DNA of 44,748 nt from Escherichia phage Schulenburg, in the sequence record MK931438.1. One strand, 5' to 3'. How positions within the stretch are numbered: the stretch's first letter is position 1; each line of letters opens with the position of its first letter. Made by a program: the position numbers and the translations under genes. Shown piece by piece: positions 16,209 through 26,409 of the stretch. The notes under the pieces are model-generated. The model was not told the DNA's origin. It searched no databases and was given only the letters and a program-made list of their open reading frames with translations.

Positions 16209-18537
16209 TGTAGCTAGTTTAGTTGTAAAGGTATCAGAGCAAGGCGCGAAAGCTACATCGGACCGTCTTGATAATCTCTCCAAGTCGGCAAAAGTAGCGG
16301 GGGCAGCCGTAGCCGGACTCGCTTCAATCGTCGCCGCGACAGCGTACAAGGCCGCACAGGAACTGGTAGACTCCCAACGGCAACTGGACAAGATGTCCGC
16401 CAGCCTGAAAACGCTAACCGGAAGCACGCAGGGGGCAAGACAGGCGTTAAGCATCCTGCAAGACTTCGCGCGCGACACTCCGTATGGCCTTGAACAGGCG
16501 GTAGAGGGATTCCGTAAACTGGTGGCTCTCGGCCTTACCCCCTCAGAAGAAGCGTTGCGCTCCTATGGCAACACTGCCGCTGCTATGGGTAAAGACCTTA
16601 ATCAGATGATTGAGGCCGTTGCGGACGCCAGTACATTTGAATTTGAGCGCCTTAAAGAATTCGGCATCAAGGCCAAGCAGAACAAAAACGATGTTGAATT
16701 TACATTCCAGGGCACCACTACGGTAGTTAAGAAGAGCGCTGCCGACATCGAGCAATACCTGCTCAACATTGGTAACGTAAACTTCGCGGGGGCTATGGCG
16801 GACCAGGCCAACACACTTAACGGGGCCATCGCCAGTGCCAGCGACTCATGGTCGCAGTTAAAAATGACACTGGCTACCAGCCTTGATGTTGGTGCTCTTG
16901 CGGAGCCTATCCGGTACATCGATGATTTAATCCAGGAACTTAACGCACAGGTAGCATCCGGCGAACTCGCTGCTGAGATGCGTATGTGGGGCGACATCGC
17001 GTCAGAAGTGGGAAGCGCGATAGAGATGTCGTTCGACGCGGCATTTGGTTTCGTAGGCGACGCAATAAACGGGCTGAATGAACTTTGGGACTTTAGCAGT
17101 AAAAGTATCACCGATAGCGGCGAACAAACGGCGACAACCATCGCGGAATCAGCTGCCGATGCGCTCGATTTCATCGCGGAAGAATTTACCGCGATGGAGC
17201 GCTTCTTTGAAGATATGGTTAAAGGGGCACAGGACGCTGGCCGGTTGGTGAAAGCTGCCTTCACACCAGGGGAATCCGTAGACGTAGCAAAAAACATTAA
17301 CTTCCAGCTAGGGATGGCACTGGATACTCAGCGTGATGTTGCGGACCTGACCCGTAAAAGTTTCCGCGAACAGGTGGAGGCTCAGCAAAATATCGTCGCG
17401 CTTAAACGCGCGGCATATGACATCGACAAAGAAGCCGCTAAGGAAGAAGGGCTTAGTAAGTTTAAGGTAACTGGTGCCGGTGGCGGATCCGAAGATGATA
17501 GCGCAGGTGCAAAAGCCGCTAAGAAAGCGGCGGACGCGTTCGAGCGCCAGAAGAAAGCCGCTGAGGATTTCTACTACCAGTCGATTCATCTCAATGATGA
17601 CGTATTCCAGAAAATAGAAGCCAACCAGGAACAGCAGCTAACCAAGCTACAGGAGTTTTACGGCAATCAGCTTCTTAGCGACCAGCAATACGAGAACGCT
17701 AAAACTCAGATTATGTTGGAGGCGGACACCGCTCGCCAGGAAGAACTCGCCAAGCGGGAGAAAGAACGACAGGAGAAGAACCAGAAAGGTGAAGACTTCA
17801 TGGCTCAGACTATGGGTCAGAATGCCGCAGAGCTTGAGCTTTTGGAGATTCAGGAACAACAAAAACTGGACGTTGCGGACCGATACCGTGAACAGAATCT
17901 TATTAACGAGGAACAGTACCAGGCTGCGGTTAATGCTATAAACGACCAGTACGCGTTAAAACGCGCCAACGCTACAGGTAACGCTTTCGGCATGATGGCG
18001 GATAATATTAAATCGTCGCTTGGCGAAGCGTCTACCGCTTATAAAGCGTTTGCCATTGCGCAGGCCACCATCGCCACATACACATCCGCCATCGAGGCTT
18101 ATAAATCTGCATCGGCTATCCCTATTGTTGGATGGGTGCTCGGGCCTGTAGCAGCAGCTACAGCGGTAGCGGCAGGTCTCGCTAACATCAGCAAGATTCG
18201 TTCGGCCCGTGAGCAGGGCGGTAACTTAGCCGCAGGTCAGTTATCTACTATCGCGGAACGTAACAAGCCAGAAGTTATTATGCCTGCAGGGGCGTCACGC
18301 GTACGTACCGCGGAACAGATGCGCCAGATTATGGGCGAGAACGGCAACAAGTCAGGCGGTGACAGCGTGACAATCGTCAACAACACCACCGGACGAGTTG
18401 ATTCCGCCGTTACAGAGCGTGACGACGAAGGGCGGTTACGTGTTATCATCAGTGAAACAGTATCGGCGGCGTTACAAGACAGCAACAGTGCAATCTCCAA
18501 GTCCCGCCGGGCTACACGAAACCAGCCGGGGTATTAA
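16201..18537 (+). CDS. tail tape measure protein
   Basis: 778 aa, long Ala/Glu/Gln-rich coiled-coil segments, C-terminal hydrophobic stretch; position after chaperones. Confidence 0.85.
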   Translation: MADVASLVVKVSEQGAKATSDRLDNLSKSAKVAGAAVAGLASIVAATAYKAAQELVDSQRQLDKMSASLKTLTGSTQGARQALSILQDFARDTPYGLEQAVEGFRKLVALGLTPSEEALRSYGNTAAAMGKDLNQMIEAVADASTFEFERLKEFGIKAKQNKNDVEFTFQGTTTVVKKSAADIEQYLLNIGNVNFAGAMADQANTLNGAIASASDSWSQLKMTLATSLDVGALAEPIRYIDDLIQELNAQVASGELAAEMRMWGDIASEVGSAIEMSFDAAFGFVGDAINGLNELWDFSSKSITDSGEQTATTIAESAADALDFIAEEFTAMERFFEDMVKGAQDAGRLVKAAFTPGESVDVAKNINFQLGMALDTQRDVADLTRKSFREQVEAQQNIVALKRAAYDIDKEAAKEEGLSKFKVTGAGGGSEDDSAGAKAAKKAADAFERQKKAAEDFYYQSIHLNDDVFQKIEANQEQQLTKLQEFYGNQLLSDQQYENAKTQIMLEADTARQEELAKREKERQEKNQKGEDFMAQTMGQNAAELELLEIQEQQKLDVADRYREQNLINEEQYQAAVNAINDQYALKRANATGNAFGMMADNIKSSLGEASTAYKAFAIAQATIATYTSAIEAYKSASAIPIVGWVLGPVAAATAVAAGLANISKIRSAREQGGNLAAGQLSTIAERNKPEVIMPAGASRVRTAEQMRQIMGENGNKSGGDSVTIVNNTTGRVDSAVTERDDEGRLRVIISETVSAALQDSNSAISKSRRATRNQPGY

Positions 18538-18540
18538 CCA

Positions 18541-19941
18541 ATGAGTGATTTGAGATTCCCTATGTCCCTTCGACCAATAGTGTCGAAGGGGTACTCCCAA
18601 ACGCGAGGGAGTAATATCTGGCGTACAGAAGTGCAAGGTGGCGTGCCGCGACAGGGGCGTGATACATACTTTGAGCCAGTGCCGATTAGCGTTACGCTCG
18701 TCGTATCGTCGCTCGGGCGACAGGTGTTCTATAGCTTCCTGAACAACATAGACGGCGGTGCGTCTTCATTTATCATGCCGCACGATACGGGTTTAGGTCT
18801 CGAAGACCACCGGGTACTTATTACGTCGGACATTAGCGACAGCACCGACGATGGTAAAAACTGGGTAATTACTTTCACAGCAACCGCGGAGCGGACTGCG
18901 ATTCAGGAAGATACCTGCCTTACGAAGAATCTGCCAGATTTGTATGGTTGCTACGGGGATTGTCTGGGTAGTTTCCTGAAAATATACGCGAACTATGAGA
19001 CTACGTTCCCGCGCATCTGGAGCGATGAAGGGCCTGCAGGATACCCGCCGATTAACCTTCTGGCGTCCGCCCTGGATAGCCGCATTGTGTACGACGGGCC
19101 GCAGGTTTATTACATCAACCGCAACGGCAATCTTGTGCAATCAGCCACTAATGAATGGCCTCTAACATTTATTGATGGTGTTGCCGTTGGGCGTGTGCCG
19201 CCGGAGGTTGGTGGTCTAAACCTACTAAAAATGTCAGAGGACTTATCGGATCCCGTATGGGCGAAAACAAGGACTACTGTTACCTACGGTGGAACGCAAG
19301 ACCCTACCGGCGGAACGGGCGCATCCAAACTAGTCCCAACAACAACCACTGGTACTCATAACGTTTTACAATTGATAACCCCGGAAGCATCTACGGCATA
19401 CACCTATTCTGTTTTTGTGAAAGCAAATGGGTACAATAATGCTCTTGTTCAGATCGGAGTATTTGCTAGTCAGGTGGCAAGTAATCCTGTTTATGTAGAC
19501 CTATCTACGGGGGTGATAACATCAGCTAATGACTATTCAAGATGCGGTATAATAGCAGTAGGTGATGGCTGGTTTAGAGTATGGGTGCGAGTTATTACTA
19601 ATTCCTCCCCGACAAGTATAAACGCGTCTGTGTGGGCCTCTGACGCTGCTAACAACACGTCTTTCCCAAGTGATGGTGTTAGTGCTATATCAGTTTTTGG
19701 TGCCCAAATGGAGAAATCTACTAATTCATCGTCGTATATTAAAACCGAAGAAAATTTAATTACACGCCCTACAGCCTCGGCAAAAGTAGTAATGAGCGGA
19801 GCAACAAGCATCGACATTACATATTCCGACGACTCTGTGGTAAACGTTCCGTCTGTTGACGGTTATGCCTCCATACCCCAAGCGGATTCGGCGTGGGGTA
19901 GTAAATACATCACTCGTATCGACTTTAATGTGGACGGTTAA
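18541..19941 (+). CDS. distal tail protein (putative)
   Basis: 466-aa ORF immediately after TMP; positional. Confidence 0.45.
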   Translation: MSDLRFPMSLRPIVSKGYSQTRGSNIWRTEVQGGVPRQGRDTYFEPVPISVTLVVSSLGRQVFYSFLNNIDGGASSFIMPHDTGLGLEDHRVLITSDISDSTDDGKNWVITFTATAERTAIQEDTCLTKNLPDLYGCYGDCLGSFLKIYANYETTFPRIWSDEGPAGYPPINLLASALDSRIVYDGPQVYYINRNGNLVQSATNEWPLTFIDGVAVGRVPPEVGGLNLLKMSEDLSDPVWAKTRTTVTYGGTQDPTGGTGASKLVPTTTTGTHNVLQLITPEASTAYTYSVFVKANGYNNALVQIGVFASQVASNPVYVDLSTGVITSANDYSRCGIIAVGDGWFRVWVRVITNSSPTSINASVWASDAANNTSFPSDGVSAISVFGAQMEKSTNSSSYIKTEENLITRPTASAKVVMSGATSIDITYSDDSVVNVPSVDGYASIPQADSAWGSKYITRIDFNVDG

Positions 19942-19944
19942 TTT

Positions 19945-20460
19945 ATGAGCCAGGAATCAGTAGAAGCTGCCTATCGCCGTAAGCTGGCCTCAAATCCCGA
20001 CGGCGAAATTGACTACACGACGCTGGAGATAGTACACCCGCTTCTTTCAAAGCGGTATTTGCTTGTGCGCGGAACTTCCGACCTGACGGCGACGTTAGAG
20101 ACCGGAGAAGTCGTAACGTTTGAGGCTACCCCTATGGAGGCTAAAGGGGCCGCCAACAATAACGACATGGACCAGCGGGCGTCGTTCGCATTACCTGATA
20201 TTGGTAACCAGTTAGATGATGAGATGGACAGGATACCGCCTGATAATACCGTGCTACCTAAATTCATATTCCGCCGTTTTGTTGGTACTGATTTGTCTTA
20301 CCCGGCTGACGGGCCTGTTGTGTACGAGTTGCAGTCGATAAACCAGGAAAAGGGGCTATTTACCGCCGACGTTGGCGTTCCTATGTTGAACCAAAGGGCC
20401 ACTGGTGAACTAATGACCCCTTCAGTAATCCCATTGTTACGGGGCGTTTTGTTCACATGA
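19945..20460 (+). CDS. minor tail protein
   Basis: 171-aa ORF in tail tip cluster. Confidence 0.45.
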   Translation: MSQESVEAAYRRKLASNPDGEIDYTTLEIVHPLLSKRYLLVRGTSDLTATLETGEVVTFEATPMEAKGAANNNDMDQRASFALPDIGNQLDDEMDRIPPDNTVLPKFIFRRFVGTDLSYPADGPVVYELQSINQEKGLFTADVGVPMLNQRATGELMTPSVIPLLRGVLFT

Positions 20461-20822
20461 ATATTAATTCTTATACAGGGTTGCCGTACGACTTTCGCCG
20501 TCGTAATTGCTGGCACCATGTCCGTAACGTTCGTGCGGATGTAGGCCTCTTTACGCCTGAGTTTAACGTCGCTTCGCCAACACAGATTAACGACGCCTTC
20601 GAAGAAGGCCATAAAGATACTAAAGGCCTTGTACGCGTAGAAACTCCGCAAAACTTCGATGCCGTGCTGATGGCAACACGGCACAGAAACCGTGTAATCT
20701 GGCACGCCGGAGTATACTATGACGGTATGGTTAGTCATTGCGAGCTGGCGAGTCGCCAGGTACGGTTAGACCGTCTGGAAGACTTGCGCGAAACTTATGC
20801 GGAGATAGAATTTTGGCGCTGA
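20457..20822 (+). CDS. minor tail / tail assembly protein
   Basis: 121-aa ORF, ATGA overlap with upstream gene; Cys/His-containing (NCWHH, HAGVYYDG). Confidence 0.45.
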   Translation: MNINSYTGLPYDFRRRNCWHHVRNVRADVGLFTPEFNVASPTQINDAFEEGHKDTKGLVRVETPQNFDAVLMATRHRNRVIWHAGVYYDGMVSHCELASRQVRLDRLEDLRETYAEIEFWR

Positions 20823-20884
20823 CATTACATTACACCCGTAACGAAGCCGGTACTTTCGACCGCGAACGGCACAACGTACCGCCG

Positions 20885-23368
20885 ATGGAATACGTCGTCG
20901 CTAACATCCCCGACGGGGTGCCTGTACGTATTTACCGTGGCGAGATCGGCGAGGACACGGAAGTAACTGAAGATTTCGAAGCGCTGAAAGAAGACGATGT
21001 TTTCCATATTATCGAAGGCGCTGGTGACGGTGGCGGTTTTCTGGGTAAACTCCTGGACCCTTTGGGTGTGCTTAAATTTGTTACCAAGTTGATTTCTCCG
21101 TCGCAGAAAACGCCTAAAACGAGTTTAGCGAACCAGCAGGCTGAGTCCCCCAACAACAGCCTGACGGACCGAAACAATAAACCCCGTCCATATGAACGGT
21201 CGTATGATATTTGCGGCAGAGTCCAGACTATCCCTAATGACCTCATGACTACCTATAAAATATTCGATGAATCTGGTCGCATTATTGAATACGGATACTA
21301 CGATGCCGGTCGTGGGTATCTGGACATCAAGGCCGAAGATATTACCGACGGCGATACTAAGGTACAGGAGATTACGGGGACCTCTGTCGCGGTGTACGCG
21401 CCGTTTACATCCCCCAACAATACAAATACCCCGCAGCTTCTGGTGGGGGAACCTATCAATCAGAATCTTTATATAACTATCGCGTCTAATGAAGTAGATG
21501 GAGCCGTTCTTAAAGCCCAGAACGATATTCGGGTCAACCCAAGCGACACGGGCCGCGTGAGATATGACTCTGCTACAAAAATTGGATACCTGTATGACGA
21601 CACGGGGGATTCTGGCTTCGCGGAAATATTATCTGTTGGTGACACCGCGTCGTTCAATAACTTTGACGTTCCGGACGTAACAAATACCAACGGCAACTTT
21701 CGTGTTCTTTATGTCGATAACTTCGAGCTGCGGGTCGACACCGGCGGCGCGTCTAATTGGGCTGCTTTAGGCTCAACCACCTATTCACTTTCCCGGAGAA
21801 GTGACACGTGGGTAGGCCCCGTGGATACGTATGAAAGAACATTAACCGACTGGACCACCTTAAACCGCCTGGAAGTTGAACGCGTAGTAGCCAACATCGC
21901 TGCCGCTAACGGTATGTATAAAGACAACGGCAGTAAATTGCGTACGTCGGTAACTATTGAACTCCAATACCAACTACTCGATGAAACCGGTGCCCCATAC
22001 GGGAGTATCTATTCAAAACAGGCCGTTATATCTGGTCGGTCCGCCGACTACACCGGAGTTACTATTTACGCCGACTTGCCCATGAGGTCGAAAGTTAGGG
22101 TACGTGCCCGTCGTGTTACCAACCTGGACCTTGATTTCGAGGGCACCGTGGTAGACGAGGTTTCCTATATCAACCTTTACGGTCAGGTCCGTGACACTAC
22201 GCCACATTACGGCAATCGTACTACCGTACACTCGGCACGTAAGCAGACGCCGCGGGCCGCAGAGATTAAGCAACCACAGTTACGTATGGTCGCCACAGAG
22301 ATGGTGTACAAATACCTCGGTAATGGTGTATTCGACACCGTAATGACACCGAATACTCAGGCCATTCAATCATTAATACGTCTCGCCCGTGACCCAGTAG
22401 TAGGTAATCTCAACCTAACAACATCCAATATGGACAAGTTGTTAGCGACTCAGACCGAGATTGAGAATTATTTCGGTAACGTGGAGGCGGGTCAATTCTG
22501 CTACACTTTTGACGACTATAAAATGACCATGCAGGATATCATCAGCACAATAGCCGATGCTATTTTCTGCACTCCATATCGTAAAGGGCAAGACATATTA
22601 CTGGATTTCGAGCGCCCGCGTATGGGGCCGGAAATGGTATTCACACATCGAAGTAAGACAACAGCTTCGGAAAAGTGGACGCGCACATTCAACGACGCTC
22701 AGGTATACGATAGTCTTAAGTTCTCCTACATCGACCCAGATACTAACGTAAAAGAGACCATCAGCATTCCCGCCGAGGGCGGTGTTAACACAGAAACGTA
22801 TGACTCTAAAGGTATACGTAATTATCGTCAGGCGTACTGGGCGGCGTACCGTCGGTACCAGAAGAACCTGTTGAAGAAGGTGACGGTATCATTCACGGCG
22901 ACAGAAGAAGGGGTTTTTGTGCTTCCAGGACGGGCAATAAGCGTAGTTAAAGGCTCGCGAGTAGCACCTCAAGATGGTTATGTCGTTGCCGTTAATGGGC
23001 TTACCCTTACTCTTTCTCAGCCGGTTACGTTTACTCCGGGTGATGACCACTCACTGATTCTTAAGAAGAGAGACGGCGGAGTTCAAAGTGTTGCTGTTGT
23101 GCCTGGAAGCCACGACCGTGAAGTGGTTATGCTCTCTGCGCCTCAAGAGGCGATATACACAGGGAATAGCGCACTAAAAACTGAGTTTTCATTCGGTAAC
23201 GAAGCAAGGCATAATGCTCAGATGATTCTTGTTTCTACAGTTGACCCCGGAGACGACAGAACGGTTAAGATTACCGGGATTAACTATGAAGCAGATTTCT
23301 ATAAATACGACGGCGTCGCGCCATACGGCAGCGGTTTCTCCGACGGATTCAGCGATGGTTTTAATTAA
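20885..23368 (+). CDS. tail tip / host specificity protein (gpJ-like, putative)
   Basis: About 827 aa from first ATG (track ORF begins at TTG 20738); large beta-rich protein between minor tail genes and tailspike. Confidence 0.5.
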   Translation: MEYVVANIPDGVPVRIYRGEIGEDTEVTEDFEALKEDDVFHIIEGAGDGGGFLGKLLDPLGVLKFVTKLISPSQKTPKTSLANQQAESPNNSLTDRNNKPRPYERSYDICGRVQTIPNDLMTTYKIFDESGRIIEYGYYDAGRGYLDIKAEDITDGDTKVQEITGTSVAVYAPFTSPNNTNTPQLLVGEPINQNLYITIASNEVDGAVLKAQNDIRVNPSDTGRVRYDSATKIGYLYDDTGDSGFAEILSVGDTASFNNFDVPDVTNTNGNFRVLYVDNFELRVDTGGASNWAALGSTTYSLSRRSDTWVGPVDTYERTLTDWTTLNRLEVERVVANIAAANGMYKDNGSKLRTSVTIELQYQLLDETGAPYGSIYSKQAVISGRSADYTGVTIYADLPMRSKVRVRARRVTNLDLDFEGTVVDEVSYINLYGQVRDTTPHYGNRTTVHSARKQTPRAAEIKQPQLRMVATEMVYKYLGNGVFDTVMTPNTQAIQSLIRLARDPVVGNLNLTTSNMDKLLATQTEIENYFGNVEAGQFCYTFDDYKMTMQDIISTIADAIFCTPYRKGQDILLDFERPRMGPEMVFTHRSKTTASEKWTRTFNDAQVYDSLKFSYIDPDTNVKETISIPAEGGVNTETYDSKGIRNYRQAYWAAYRRYQKNLLKKVTVSFTATEEGVFVLPGRAISVVKGSRVAPQDGYVVAVNGLTLTLSQPVTFTPGDDHSLILKKRDGGVQSVAVVPGSHDREVVMLSAPQEAIYTGNSALKTEFSFGNEARHNAQMILVSTVDPGDDRTVKITGINYEADFYKYDGVAPYGSGFSDGFSDGFN

Positions 23369-23380
23369 AGAGGACTCTAT

Positions 23381-25753
23381 ATGTCAAGCGGATGCGGTGA
23401 CGTTTTAAGCCTGGCGGATTTACAAACCGCCAAGAAGCACCAGATTTTCGAAGCCGAGGTTATTACCGGTAAATCCGGCGGCGTAACCGGTGGTGCGGAT
23501 ATCGATTATGCGACCAACGCGGTTACTGGTCAGATGCAGAAGACTCTCCCTGCCGTGTTGCGAGATGCGGGGTTCTTCCCGGCATCTTTTGATTTCACTA
23601 CCGGCGGGACATTATCGGCTACAGACCGCAATAAGGTCGTTTATGACCCAGTAAGCATGGCCTGGTATTCATGGGGCGGTTCTTTACCAAAGGTTGTCCC
23701 CGCGGAAACTAACCCGTTACTGGACACAAATTGGAAACCGCAAACAGACCCGAATCTACGCAATGACCTTGAAAATGGCATGTACAGAACGGACGCAACC
23801 GCCGTTAAATATGTTCCTGGGGTGGTTATAAACAGCACAACAGATAACCGGGCCGCATTGTATGCATTCCCTGGCAAAGTTTATATCCCAAAAGACGTCC
23901 AGCTACGCTGTAATTTCCTGCCAGATGATGATGTAACAAAATTTACTGGTGAAGGAAAAATTCTCACGCGCGACCCATGGGGTAACGAGCACATTTTCGA
24001 CGTTTCACTGGCAACTCATGGGAGCAAATACACTGCATTCAACGTAATAAACCAGTTCGCTCGCCGCAATACGCTATGTCGTGTTGGTATCATTGGTGAC
24101 TCAATCACAGACGGCGCATACGGAACCGACTGGGTAGCCAACCCAACTGATTCAAACGGGGACCTTTCTTCGACTAATTACGACCACAATGGCAATGGTG
24201 GCGCAGGTTCCTGGTTCCGTACCTTCACGGACTGGCTTAACCAATTTACAAAAAATGGTGCTTTCATCTTTAAAGCAGAAAACTGCGCATCTTCTGGAAA
24301 GCGACTTATTGACGGGTGGGCTAATCGTAATTTCGACCATGGCTTTTTCAAAAACACTGCATACGGGAATGTTCCACCGGATGTCTGCTTTATGTCTATG
24401 GGCGTTAACGATAACGGCCAACTGGATACGTTAGGGTTCGATCAGTACTTATTCCGTTTTGAGCAGTTTATCCGTAAAGCATGGGGCTATGGATGTGCTG
24501 TCTGCGTTGTTTCAATGAACCAGAATGGCTCACAATGGGCGGCTCTCGAGGCATCAATCAAGAAGCATATTGAACGCCTGTTCCCCGCGGTAGAGTTCCT
24601 CGATCTCTCTCAGGCAGTAACTGAGATGTACAGAGATGTCGGTAGCTACACCTTAGAAGAAATTTGCCGTCGTCCTACCAATGGCTCTTTCGACTACACG
24701 CACTTTGCGCCCCTTGGTCACCAATATATTGGCGCTTATGCCGCGACCAAGGTTATGCCTTATCGCGTCCATAAGGCCGCAAAAGGGAATAATTTCCTGC
24801 CTGTGTCGCCTAACGATATCCAACCATTCGGGTACCCTTCCGGCAGTACATATGACGTTTCTATGGAGCGACTTAGCGGAAATTCATACCTGAATGGGCT
24901 TACCGGATGGGGCGTGGTTAAACCCGCTACTGAAAATTTAACCATACGATATTTTGTCTGGTGTGATACTTCTGACATATCAATGGTTATTTTTGAGCCA
25001 TATAACCCTACTTACATTGGTTCCGGGCGCGCAAATACTGTATCAATACGCCAACAAGATACCCGTAATACAGCATATATCTCCGGTAATATCGCGAGTA
25101 ATGGCGTCTCATCGTTTACGAACAAACTCACCACACGAACTGGGATCCTTAGAAAAGGACTGAATAAGATTGAGATTGTTTACGATGGTACGCCGTCGAA
25201 AGTATACCCTCCCGCTCTGTTATTCAGAGGAGAGCTGAACGAATCATGTTCTCAGAACACCTCTGTATACTTGGCTGCAAATGCGATAAAGGGTGTTTAC
25301 GGTCAATTAAGGGATAAAGCTGATTTGTTATTGTCATATGCGGCTGAAACCGCAAATGATGAAGCGCCGGATATGTACGGCGCTACTAAGTCATCAAATG
25401 TTCAAAATGTTGTCCTGTCAGCTTTGCCCGTTGATTGTGGTGTTGTTTTTTACTACAAACCCACGTCACAAAGTGGAGTTGTCGCCAAGCGAGTGGCGAC
25501 TGGCATCGAGATCTCGACGATGCTTTTTGGCGCACTTACTGTTATCGGCACCTTGACTTGCGATGTGACCGGCGAAGTCATGCTCACAGCCGGCCTGGCA
25601 CCTTCAGTACCTACAATAACAGTTAAACCCACTACCGGCGGCACTGTTCAACAAACTGTTACTGGTCACTCTGGCGGCAAGATAGCCCTGATTAACAAGG
25701 GGGCTTCCGGTAACACAATAACGGTTAAATCTTCATCTCAATTCGTCATTTAA
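23381..25753 (+). CDS. tailspike / receptor-binding protein with SGNH (GDSL) esterase domain
   Basis: SGNH blocks in order: GDSITDG (block I), GVNDNG (block III), DYTHFAPLGH (block V D-x2-H); 790 aa; last gene of tail module; AAAGAGGA SD. Confidence 0.7.
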   Translation: MSSGCGDVLSLADLQTAKKHQIFEAEVITGKSGGVTGGADIDYATNAVTGQMQKTLPAVLRDAGFFPASFDFTTGGTLSATDRNKVVYDPVSMAWYSWGGSLPKVVPAETNPLLDTNWKPQTDPNLRNDLENGMYRTDATAVKYVPGVVINSTTDNRAALYAFPGKVYIPKDVQLRCNFLPDDDVTKFTGEGKILTRDPWGNEHIFDVSLATHGSKYTAFNVINQFARRNTLCRVGIIGDSITDGAYGTDWVANPTDSNGDLSSTNYDHNGNGGAGSWFRTFTDWLNQFTKNGAFIFKAENCASSGKRLIDGWANRNFDHGFFKNTAYGNVPPDVCFMSMGVNDNGQLDTLGFDQYLFRFEQFIRKAWGYGCAVCVVSMNQNGSQWAALEASIKKHIERLFPAVEFLDLSQAVTEMYRDVGSYTLEEICRRPTNGSFDYTHFAPLGHQYIGAYAATKVMPYRVHKAAKGNNFLPVSPNDIQPFGYPSGSTYDVSMERLSGNSYLNGLTGWGVVKPATENLTIRYFVWCDTSDISMVIFEPYNPTYIGSGRANTVSIRQQDTRNTAYISGNIASNGVSSFTNKLTTRTGILRKGLNKIEIVYDGTPSKVYPPALLFRGELNESCSQNTSVYLAANAIKGVYGQLRDKADLLLSYAAETANDEAPDMYGATKSSNVQNVVLSALPVDCGVVFYYKPTSQSGVVAKRVATGIEISTMLFGALTVIGTLTCDVTGEVMLTAGLAPSVPTITVKPTTGGTVQQTVTGHSGGKIALINKGASGNTITVKSSSQFVI

Positions 25754-25757
25754 ATAC

Positions 25758-25790
25758 AAAAGGCCCCGAAAGGGGCCTTTTCTCTACTTT
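25758..25790. terminator. bidirectional intrinsic terminator at structural/replication module boundary
   Basis: aaaaggcccc-gaaa-ggggcctttt hairpin with flanking A and T runs. Confidence 0.65.
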
Positions 25791-25917
25791 TCTAATAACT
25801 TCTCCAGTACAAACGCCAGTTGCGCATTGGCGGCGTCTCTCTGCTGCCGTAGTCGTAGAACCTCCTCTTCGAGTCCCTTGATACGTTTTTGCAATGCTGG
25901 AATCGGGGCTGTGATGT

Positions 25918-26409
25918 TCACGCGGTTTCTCCGTGGTTTTCATGAAATCCGTAAGCAGCTTCCGCAGCTTTACGCGCGGCGACAGCTTCGTCAAAATTAT
26001 CAAACCTTCCAATAGTTTTTGTCTTTCTAAATTTGGTTATTTGTACCAACCACTTGCACCGCTCTTTGTCAAATGACACCCCTACCGCCCCAGACCTATT
26101 ACGCCCGGTAGCCAGCCTGTTCATAGCGTTTTCCTGCTTAGTAACTACCCTTAAATTTGCGAGCCTGTTATCTGCGCGATTATGGTTCTGATGGTCTATT
26201 TCCATGCCGTCTGGTATAGGCCCATTGAACATTTCCCATATGACCCGGTGTGCGCGGTAGATAACCCCGTTGTAGCGAAACTGAATGTAGCCGAACTTGT
26301 TTAGTGTTCCGGCTACAGCACCTTTAGCAACATTTTTAGCAGGTTTTATAACCCATATTAGATTTCCGGTCTCCGGTTCATACCGTAGTACATTCTTCCA
26401 GATAAACAT
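25918..26409 (-). CDS. HNH endonuclease with AP2 domain
   Basis: HNH motif EIDHQNHNRADNRLANLRVVTKQEN; C-terminal AP2-like GVSFDKERCKWLVQI...GRFDNFDEAVAARKAAEAAYG. Confidence 0.8.
   Translation of the reverse strand: MFIWKNVLRYEPETGNLIWVIKPAKNVAKGAVAGTLNKFGYIQFRYNGVIYRAHRVIWEMFNGPIPDGMEIDHQNHNRADNRLANLRVVTKQENAMNRLATGRNRSGAVGVSFDKERCKWLVQITKFRKTKTIGRFDNFDEAVAARKAAEAAYGFHENHGETA

Noticed and set aside
16602-17297. 231-aa minus-strand ORF inside the tape measure gene
   Set aside because: Antisense shadow ORF within the 778-aa TMP; Ser/Ala-rich low-complexity translation.
25746-26012. 88-aa minus-strand ORF overlapping the HNH gene 3' end and the terminator
   Set aside because: Would read through the 25758-25790 terminator hairpin and overlaps the HNH gene out of frame; a short coiled-coil ORF (about 38 aa, TTG start) in the 25795-25917 gap is possible but unsupported.
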